From the IMG/VR virus record IMGVR_UViG_3300048587_000983: 64,000 nt of DNA; one strand, given 5' to 3'. The translations under genes were made by a program, and so were the position numbers. Under the pieces are notes generated by a model. That model was given only the letters and a program-made list of their open reading frames with translations, ran no database searches and was not told the DNA's origin. This document shows, in pieces, positions 57,701-63,428 of the stretch; within the stretch, counting starts at the first letter, position 1, and the number at the start of each line of letters is the position of its first letter. The stretch comes from a virus.

Positions 57701-58118
57701 CGCTCTCATCCTTTCGGGCAAGGTGCGGGTCGAAGGTCTTCACCAGAGTGTCGAGGCTCTCAGGGCACCCGTTGTCGGCTATCTGCCTGACCCCAGCGAT
57801 CCGAAGACGGGCTACTACTACCCCGAGACGGTCATGAACGAGATCAACGAGGTGATGCGGCAGCAGGGGACAAGCCTTCCGAAAAAGACGGTTGGTCGTC
57901 AGCTGCTCGATGCCAAGATCATCAAAGAGGTGGATAGCGATCGGAGCACAAAGCTCGTTCGCAAGGGCAACGCCCGCATCCGCGTCTGGGTGATCGACCA
58001 CGTTGCACTGGAGCTCATCGATCCGGATGTCGTGCAGGAAACGGAATCGCCGAAAAGCACAGTCGTTCCGCTTCGCCAGGGGCAGAAGGCCATGATGGAC
58101 GGCTATGGGATTTTCTAA
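54738..58118 (+). CDS. Primase-helicase: AEP (TOTE-primase-like) + Cys-cluster domain + DUF927-like/P-loop ATPase
   Basis: RFHGRQDIF, FGAIDFD (DxD), RSTNNGYHVYVFF (His motif), Walker A YDGLSGIGKS, Walker B CLVLDD. Confidence 0.85.
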   Translation: MDMARKIEVFRARFHGRQDIFGRARKVGKEGEERTVYSPVCNNIWTSVCHIERGTGVPCSDCENQLWEPVSDQNVKQHITAHHVHNYYLVLDEGMIRFGAIDFDYKPGKEAQGYSFFEVKKFCKILKARGIDYGIARSTNNGYHVYVFFKEPYPAVRFRAVMSKFFEAAGFDIYVKERAKPAFPEIFPKQDYVSQGFLGNGITPPMIEPLMMKGKKCWVDDNDVMIGQEIEDGQAMIDAQWDHLENLPWADPAAFEKIIEHYALKIEDIAVLKKRAVESASRQIVGDGSARPHGHIEKVLYGCEAFRDLTARIRGEGHEPSHVEGMALWHLAINTVDGKDWFQKNVTTWGRTQSEAKQLEFSIKKNYRPHSCSTMKEQGICHKQGLCIEAAPRPKAKPGEAEITEGALEDLNEQDQKEYNPYRFAFSQGAELLHELTKGADSLLQVEDQLQKEDGLRELARRAQALDKPKVKQFKEYVDRIQKPLKVPKNKIGPMFKAAEEAKFELEKVMLEEDSSVYEVGSYVYRKRYGGGKYGYYQITKGKDQLTETLLLEVDILIHEVRYYMEESGISRTVYRGIVKDADGEKSFEIDTDVWSTDSDFVKFFTKLIGPKFQPKRKQIDDVKQAVLGWSEKKNLMQKVSSLLTQGFYEGTYLMPSVTVDAGGLRPTKSGVLDTSHKDVVKNLDWKILEDDVFQETLRHIKDDFLSAWPDEWTYIGLAHVMRPLMMKVMGWSHFPTLFYDGLSGIGKSELLKILQMFWGNFSSLVNLTVTQKYLEEMAHEFNDACLVLDDFKGITPQQKNAVMHQIQYGYDGSSTGKLNRDSTARKARKNRATLIMSGEGFIQHQASVVARTLLLEVHRFNNDMTHEAYFRVQKMAKNYAGITPRFLHWLLGREAKILQDDYEALRITLYRFAKGRQNASRIAENVAGNHLTWRLFTSFMEDSAVITTSERDQMNERHWAICQSLYHRMVFRCEEEQEATNFKSILLALILSGKVRVEGLHQSVEALRAPVVGYLPDPSDPKTGYYYPETVMNEINEVMRQQGTSLPKKTVGRQLLDAKIIKEVDSDRSTKLVRKGNARIRVWVIDHVALELIDPDVVQETESPKSTVVPLRQGQKAMMDGYGIF

Positions 58119-58157
58119 CAACCCGGGTCAGGAAGACCCGGAACCAAACGGAGCAAA

Positions 58158-58418
58158 ATGATGACGAGCGAGGAAGTCGAAAGAGTCGTGACGGCGATCT
58201 GCAAAAAAGCTGGTCTTCTTGTTGGGCAGCTCGCCAGCCCACAAACCTTTGACCATCTTGTGTACGAGGCGGCGCGTCTTCACATTTCCCACCTCGTCGG
58301 CAAAGACGCCATCCACGGAAACCTGAAACTGCACGACCCTCTTCACTACGAGGCGGCCCTCAACCTTCTCGACAGTGAGATCAAAAAAGCCAAGGCGGAG
58401 GCGGCAAGACGTGGTTAA
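58158..58418 (+). CDS. Hypothetical protein (86 aa)
   Basis: ORF with SD (GGAG) after the primase gene. Confidence 0.65.
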   Translation: MMTSEEVERVVTAICKKAGLLVGQLASPQTFDHLVYEAARLHISHLVGKDAIHGNLKLHDPLHYEAALNLLDSEIKKAKAEAARRG

Positions 58419-58815
58419 CGCACTGGTCATGTCCAACTTCTTTCGGGTTTCAGATGAGAAAGAGTTTGAGCGGTTTGTGAAAAAGTGGGACCTTACGCCG
58501 CTGAGGCGGGACGGCGATCGCTTCGGCTTTAAGCGGGTAGGGAAGGAGTCGCCGGGGATCCCAAGGGCTCATCAGGGAGCCGACGGAAGGCCTATCGTTG
58601 GTGATATCCTGCGGGACCTTGCGGCAGTCCTGTCTGCTGACGACGTGGCGATTGTGATGGAAAACGTCGTCTACCCGGCTCGTGCGGTGGTGCGCCTGAA
58701 CGCGGTTGCTGTAAAAAAAGGAGAGGATCCGATACGCCTCTCTTTGAACCAGATCTATGACCTTGTGCTTGAAAAGTGGGGCGCTGTCCCCACAAAGATC
58801 GACTGGGCTGTTTAA
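58411..58815 (+). CDS. Hypothetical protein (about 134 aa)
   Basis: GTG 58411 with GGAGG at 58397-58401; overlaps the previous stop. Confidence 0.65.
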   Translation: MVNALVMSNFFRVSDEKEFERFVKKWDLTPLRRDGDRFGFKRVGKESPGIPRAHQGADGRPIVGDILRDLAAVLSADDVAIVMENVVYPARAVVRLNAVAVKKGEDPIRLSLNQIYDLVLEKWGAVPTKIDWAV

Positions 58816-58824
58816 GGAGATTTC

Positions 58825-59067
58825 ATGAGCGATACGTTTTTTCATCCGGACTGCTTCAAAGACGAGGCGGCCGAAAAGATCTTTGCCATTTTGCACCTTG
58901 CCGGCGGATATCAGTGGGGGCTTCTCGGGATTACGCAGCTGCATTTTCTTGACAAAGAGAAGAGGGAAGCGGAATTTGAACGCGTGCGCCGACTCATCGA
59001 GAGGAGCTGCCATCCCAGGGCGGACGAAGCGCTGGAGAAATTCCGTGAGATCACGGGTGCAGCGTGA
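58825..59067 (+). CDS. Hypothetical protein (80 aa)
   Basis: Strong SD (AAGGAG); coupled to the next ORF. Confidence 0.7.
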   Translation: MSDTFFHPDCFKDEAAEKIFAILHLAGGYQWGLLGITQLHFLDKEKREAEFERVRRLIERSCHPRADEALEKFREITGAA

Positions 59068-59351
59068 ATTGGGCGCAGAACATGAAGGAGGTTCAAATGC
59101 CAGATTCAAACGCCATAATCGTGGACGAAAGCGCATCGGTAACGCGTGAGGACATTTTACAGGCGGGCTTCGTTTCCGCTATGCGCATTCCAATGCAGGT
59201 TGGTCTGGGGTTCGCCTGGACACGAAAACCTTCGCGTAAAAGGCTAAGAGATAAAGTCCGAAAAGCCCCGCACCGCTATCCGCAGTTCGCGGAGTATCTG
59301 ATCGGCGACCATCCAGCCACATGGCCCTCCAACCGTCAGCCCGTCCGGTGA
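59064..59351 (+). CDS. Hypothetical protein (95 aa or shorter)
   Basis: GTGA overlap; alternative internal starts possible. Confidence 0.55.
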   Translation: MNWAQNMKEVQMPDSNAIIVDESASVTREDILQAGFVSAMRIPMQVGLGFAWTRKPSRKRLRDKVRKAPHRYPQFAEYLIGDHPATWPSNRQPVR

Positions 59352-59361
59352 GGGCGTGCCG

Positions 59362-59523
59362 ATGTCAGGTAAATCCATAGTTCAAATGATTCAAGACGAG
59401 CTTGACGCGGAGTTCCTAAGATCACTGGAGGTCTGGCGTCCGCGCAAGCTGCTCTCTGTCCTTGAAAATCGAGCAGCCGACTTTATCTCACTCGCTTTCC
59501 TGCATTACCTCATGGCTCTCTGA
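59362..59523 (+). CDS. Small hypothetical protein (53 aa)
   Basis: MSGKSIVQMIQDELDAEFLRSLEVWRPRKLLSVLENRAADFISLAFLHYLMAL*; below track cutoff; converges on the RNA cluster. Confidence 0.4.
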   Translation: MSGKSIVQMIQDELDAEFLRSLEVWRPRKLLSVLENRAADFISLAFLHYLMAL

Positions 59524-59527
59524 CCAT

Positions 59528-59648
59528 TGCGAGACGGGGGAGCGTCACTTCCCCACAAGGCTGACCGTACCCATTAAACCCCGAACCCTGGACTTTTCCT
59601 GTCTGCTGCAGCGCGGATCGTCTTCGGGGCACCTTTAACGCGTCTCAC
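59528..59648 (-). ncRNA. Unidentified ~120-nt structured RNA candidate
   Basis: Minus strand: terminal 8-bp stem GTGAGACG/CGTCTCGC + A, adjacent 5-bp hairpin GGGGA/TCCCC, internal 7-bp CCCCGAA/TTCGGGG. Begins 12 nt after the tRNA-like RNA. Confidence 0.45.
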
Positions 59649-59660
59649 GATGATCAGAAG

Positions 59661-59817
59661 TGGGGGAGGCAGGACTCGAACCTGCGAAGCCTCAAAGACT
59701 GAAATGCTCAGCCGTGCACGGCCGGAAATCTCAGCCGACGGGGCCCGGCGCCAGACCCGCATCAGAGACAGGGGATTTCCTGAATGTCCCCCTGCTTTGC
59801 CACTTGCATACTCCCGC
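59661..59817 (-). ncRNA. Atypical tRNA-like RNA (157 nt) with 11-nt anticodon loop and 85-nt branched variable arm
   Basis: Acceptor GCGGGAG/CTCCCCC-A (one C.C mismatch), D arm TGC-AAGTGGCAAA-GCA, anticodon stem GGGGA/TCCCC with loop CATTCAGGAAA, canonical T arm GCAGG-TTCGAGT-CCTGC. Confidence 0.8.
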
Positions 59818-59823
59818 CGTAAG

Positions 59824-60210
59824 TGGACCTGGCGGGAGTTGAACCCGCGTCCGAAAGACAAAGGCAATGACAGCTCTACATGCTTGTCCCCGGGTCAACT
59901 CCGGGGCGAGGAAGGGTGCACCGGTTAGGGTGCAGCTCCACCAGCCAGGATCTGGCTACGGCTCCTGGCGGCCGCTTTTGCCCTCAGATGACCCGCTGAC
60001 GGCGACGGGGCTGGTCGGATAACGGCACGGGCCAGCACGCTCCCTGGCTGCGATTAGGCGGCCAGCGCGACCTTTTCAGCCTTGCGGCCGAACTCTACGC
60101 GGATGACATTATCGGTGTCATTTAGGTTTTGCCTCGGTTGTTATCGGGCCCCAAGACACGCCCGGCATGCACCGGCACTCTTCGCCTCCCGTCGAAACCA
60201 TTACAGGCCC
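59824..60210 (-). ncRNA. ssrA: tmRNA (transfer-messenger RNA)
   Basis: 5' GGGCCTGTAATGGTTTCGACGGG; 3' GCGGG-TTCAACT-CCCGC-CAGGTCC-A; acceptor stem with G3.U pair (Ala identity); internal tag ORF ending ALAA*. Confidence 0.95.
60054..60119 (-). other. tmRNA proteolysis tag reading frame (A)DTDNVIRVEFGRKAEKVALAA*
   Basis: Resume codon GAC after AAAACCTAAAT; C-terminal ALAA ClpXP-type degron. Confidence 0.85.
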
Positions 60211-60345
60211 TCGGGCTTGGTCCCGGAGACCCCAAGCGCTGGCAGCGTTTCTGGCCTTCCGGGATTGCAGCGTACCATTGCGAAGCCAGCATACCTGGCC
60301 CAATGTCAATCGTCATCCACAAACCAAAGCTGATTTGGAGTTTTC

Positions 60346-60624
60346 ATGCACAGCACAGATTATTACGTAAACCGCGCCCTAACAAATTTCCGTCATCCTG
60401 AATACTTCCCAACCAAGGCCCACGAAAAGATTTTTGCGCTCATGGAGCTCGACGGCACATTCCGATCCGACCTGCTCGGGCTGACCTACAGCCACGTCGT
60501 AGAAAAAGACCGATGCCGCCAGCGCATGCAGGAGTTGCGGTCGTGTATTGCTGAAAGTGGCCACCCGTTCAGCGAAAAAGCGCTCGAACGCCTCGCACGG
60601 ATCGAGCGCTCCATGCTGAGCTAG
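60346..60624 (+). CDS. Hypothetical protein (92 aa)
   Basis: SD (GGAG) and ATG; divergent from ssrA. Confidence 0.65.
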   Translation: MHSTDYYVNRALTNFRHPEYFPTKAHEKIFALMELDGTFRSDLLGLTYSHVVEKDRCRQRMQELRSCIAESGHPFSEKALERLARIERSMLS

Positions 60625-61817
60625 CCTCTCCCAAAGGCCTTTCTCACCCACTTGTCGAAGTCGATGCTGATCGTATAGTGGAGGAGCGCGTGAGCAAAAA
60701 CGGCTGCCGCAACGAGAAGAAGGGCCCTGACACCAAGGGTCACGTCAGCCCGCGACTTCTCGGCGGTGGCCTCCACAGTCTGCCGACTCCCGCCTTCAAT
60801 CTCTGTCATTCGAGCAGAGATTTTTTTTAGCTCTTCGGCTTTCTGATCGCGGAGTGTCGGGTGCGTTCTGAGGTTGATCCCATCGCGCTCCAGCTCTCCC
60901 TTGGCGTACTGAATTTTCAGTCTCTGGTATTCAGCGTTGCCGTCGAGCGTTGAAACACTGATCCCTGCGGTTTCGATCTTATGGAGGGCCCCGACCGACA
61001 ATAGGTCCACCCCGAGGAAGAGGGCCAGCGCCAGGTAGCGCACAACCGGGATTTTGACAAAAAAGACAAAGGCCAGAGGAATCAGCACTAAAAGCGTGGC
61101 GATGCCTGTTCCATAGAGCGCCTCGGTGGCGGCTATGAGATAATAGGACATAAAGCCAATCAGGGTCAGAAGCACGAGAGTGCTGAAAACGGTTTTGGTC
61201 GGCGACGGCTGGGGCACCAAACGCATGGGGCTCGTCCCAGCCGTTTTTTCCTTTTCCTCCGACCTTTCTGAGTTCAGTTTCACCCTTTTCACTCGGCGCA
61301 CTGAATTCAGAACTGACTTTTTCTTCGGCATCGGCGCGTCGGCGGCTGGTGACTCAGAATCCTTGTCCTTCAGGGGTTCAGCAGCCTTCTGAAGTTCAGG
61401 TTCTGCCTCAGCACGTTTTTTCTGCGGCGGCATTTCGATCACAACACCCTCTCCGATATGGTGCAGGTGGCTGACTCTGATGGACTGCATCTGCTCGATC
61501 ATCGCAGCCACTTCCGCCTCGGTAATCTCCCTTTCAGGGGGAGGCGGCTCTGAGTTCAGTATGCCAGGACTTTCCGTGTCAGTATCGGATTCTGACTCCG
61601 GATCTGAATTCAGAGGCTCCACTTTGAGAGCTGACGATCCATCAAAATTACCGGTTTCTGCTGGCAGATGCGCACCATACTCCCGCTGGAGAAAAGCCAA
61701 AATATCCTCTTCGCGGACATCGCGGCCGCGTCGATAGCTGATGGCGTTATCCACGGATTTTCTAACCTGAGGGTCCTTGATTCGGGCTCTAAACTGTGCG
61801 ACTTTCTCTCGGGACAT
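60621..61817 (-). CDS. Multi-pass membrane protein with long acidic N-terminal region (398 aa)
   Basis: Three adjacent hydrophobic segments (TVFSTLVLL...; GIATLLVLIPLAFVFFV; YLALALFLGVDLL), a coiled coil and a C-terminal TM; SD AAGGAGG. Confidence 0.75.
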   Translation of the reverse strand: MSREKVAQFRARIKDPQVRKSVDNAISYRRGRDVREEDILAFLQREYGAHLPAETGNFDGSSALKVEPLNSDPESESDTDTESPGILNSEPPPPEREITEAEVAAMIEQMQSIRVSHLHHIGEGVVIEMPPQKKRAEAEPELQKAAEPLKDKDSESPAADAPMPKKKSVLNSVRRVKRVKLNSERSEEKEKTAGTSPMRLVPQPSPTKTVFSTLVLLTLIGFMSYYLIAATEALYGTGIATLLVLIPLAFVFFVKIPVVRYLALALFLGVDLLSVGALHKIETAGISVSTLDGNAEYQRLKIQYAKGELERDGINLRTHPTLRDQKAEELKKISARMTEIEGGSRQTVEATAEKSRADVTLGVRALLLVAAAVFAHALLHYTISIDFDKWVRKAFGRG

Positions 61818-61852
61818 CGTTTGCCTCCTTATCAGGTAAAACGTTTCGCCTC

Positions 61853-61882
61853 GCTGGTGCAGGACTCCCTTCCTGCGCCGGC
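61853..61882 (+). other. 12-bp GC-rich hairpin
   Basis: GCTGGTGCAGGA-CTCCCT-TCCTGCGCCGGC; two G.U wobbles work only on the plus-strand RNA. Confidence 0.6.
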
Positions 61883-62320
61883 AACCCTACCAGCACAAAA
61901 ACCCGCCTTCAATCAATTTTCAGTCATTGCATGGAATTGGCATAGACGCGAAAAATACTGACCTACGGTCTTTTCCGTAGAGCTTCAACTTTTGGGTGAT
62001 GGTAATTGGAAGTGCGTCAGAGGCGTGCTTGAGGCTGGAAGGCTTGATGAGTATGGCCGGGACGCTTCATCCCAAAATTAACGTGGATTTTTTCATCCCG
62101 GCCATGCAAATCATAGATTGCTATACCATGGATCTGCCGTGTGAATTTTCTCAGGACGCGCACGATAAATCCCTGGAACGGTTTCTATTACGACCTCGCT
62201 TCACAGTCAAGCGAAGATCTTTGCGTTTTCGTGCGATCTCCACAAGGCACGGAAATCAGTCCTCAAACCGTCTTCGGGATTTAACCTGCTCTGAAAAACC
62301 TACACCCATATCCCCGTGGT

Positions 62321-62830
62321 TTGGCCGGTGCGGAATCGGCTGCGACGAAACCGGTAGTCGGGGAGATCTTCCTTGCCAGAACTCCCCATAGGCAAAGGCA
62401 CATGGACACGGTAAAGGCTGCCATGAATCAAAGAGGCCAAGGGTCAGATGACCCGACCCGAGTTCCGGGATTGAATCCTTTGGAGACACTGGAAACTGCG
62501 AATGACCCCGCCAGTGATAAAGGACCCCCGGGGCTTGGAACGATGGACAGAGGGTAGGGCGACAGGGCCCCGCAAGGGTCTTTGGGAACCAGGAATGATC
62601 GGGCCTAGGCAACCCGGTCCCATTCCGGCTCCACTTCGCAGTTGGCTGAGCTCATCACTGCATGATGCAAAACGGGGAGATAGATGCGCCCCAGGTTTCC
62701 ATGAGCCCACCGATGTCCACAGCATAGACCTGCTCCCCCGAGCAGTGACAGGGTGAAGAGTCCTTCGCCCATCTCCCGGACGCCTTTTCAAGGCAGATGC
62801 AGGAGAGTTGGGGGTCCGCGCTTTCTCCAC
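62321..62830 (+). ncRNA. Unidentified large structured RNA candidate (~510 nt) upstream of cas6
   Basis: More than 12 nested stems, multibranch junctions and a perfect 8-bp long-range pairing (62522-62529/62810-62817). G.U pairs favour the plus strand. No convincing ORF. Confidence 0.6.
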
Positions 62831-62924
62831 AAGGCCCATCCTTCCGAAAAACCTGAGCTTGAATATTTTCCGTGAACGGGTCACATAAGATAAAACCGAA
62901 AAACTTCAAGTCGAGGGAATAGCG

Positions 62925-63416
62925 TTGCTCTATTGCTACGATACTGGCAGGCCGCCAGATTTAAACGATGTGCATGCGATTATAAGAAAGGCATTCAAAG
63001 AGCGGGTTGCTGTAAGCGTCGAGGGTACCAGGGTTTACGTTGCCACAACCGAGACGCCGCTCGTAACCCCGGACGCCACCTTTGATATGCTGCGCCTCCC
63101 CGAGGGCACTGTTGAGGTTGAGCTGTCGTGCAATGTCGTCTTTGATAGCAAGAGCCAAGGCATTTTCCGAAAGGAGTGGCGGACGCACGAGGCCTTTGCC
63201 ATGTTCACGGCGCAGGCCGGCCTCAAGCCTATAGACTCAGAGATCTATAACCTCGGCCTTCTTGAAACCCACAAGTTCACGATCCGAACGGCTTTCCGCA
63301 TCTACGGCCAATTCAATATTGTCAACCGGGAGCTATTCGACAACGCATATTTCAACGGGGTCGGCGGGCGCCGCTCGTACGGCTTTGGTCTGATCATCAT
63401 CAAAGATTTCAAATAA
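62925..63416 (+). CDS. cas6: Cas6-family (Cas6e/CasE-like) RAMP endoribonuclease, short (163 aa)
   Basis: C-terminal Gly-rich loop FDNAYFNGVGGRRSYGFGLI (GhGxxxxxGhG), N-terminal DVHAII..AF His helix; TTG start with SD GAGGGA. Confidence 0.8.
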   Translation: MLYCYDTGRPPDLNDVHAIIRKAFKERVAVSVEGTRVYVATTETPLVTPDATFDMLRLPEGTVEVELSCNVVFDSKSQGIFRKEWRTHEAFAMFTAQAGLKPIDSEIYNLGLLETHKFTIRTAFRIYGQFNIVNRELFDNAYFNGVGGRRSYGFGLIIIKDFK

Positions 63417-63428
63417 GATGGGAACCTC

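Noticed and set aside
54948-58121. Minus-strand ORFs of 488 aa (54948..56414) and 290 aa (57249..58121)
   Set aside because: Antisense shadows of the primase-helicase, which has clear catalytic motifs.
58123-58141. Hairpin CCGGGTC-AGGAA-GACCCGG after the primase as a terminator
   Set aside because: No U-tract on either strand; may be a stabilising or processing hairpin. Hairpins at 16940-16964 and 15767-15818 were set aside for the same reason.
59586-59602. RNase P-like AGGAAAAGTCC on the minus strand
   Set aside because: No complementary P4 3' strand, and the element is too short (~120 nt).
59776-59786. TCA triplet suggesting tRNA-Sec or an opal suppressor, i.e. a recoded genome
   Set aside because: The loop is 11 nt and lacks canonical U33/purine-37 geometry. 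TGA acts as a normal stop throughout, with many ATGA/GTGA overlaps.
60288-60309. TTGACA/TATGCT sigma70 promoter for ssrA
   Set aside because: The spacer is only 10 nt. An extended -10 (TGGTACGCT, 60277-60269) is possible but too weak to call.
62321-62830. Group I/II intron or RNase P identity for the large RNA
   Set aside because: GTGCG (62328) and AGATAGATG (~62678) are only isolated look-alikes. No domain V, no paired P7 GACUA/UAGUC, no GAGGAAAGUCC/P4 elements.
61850-62924. CRISPR array upstream of cas6
   Set aside because: I found no 23-47-nt direct repeats with unique spacers. GATAAAACCG at ~62889-62898 faintly resembles a type I-E repeat end but occurs once without the matching hairpin. 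An array could lie beyond 64000.
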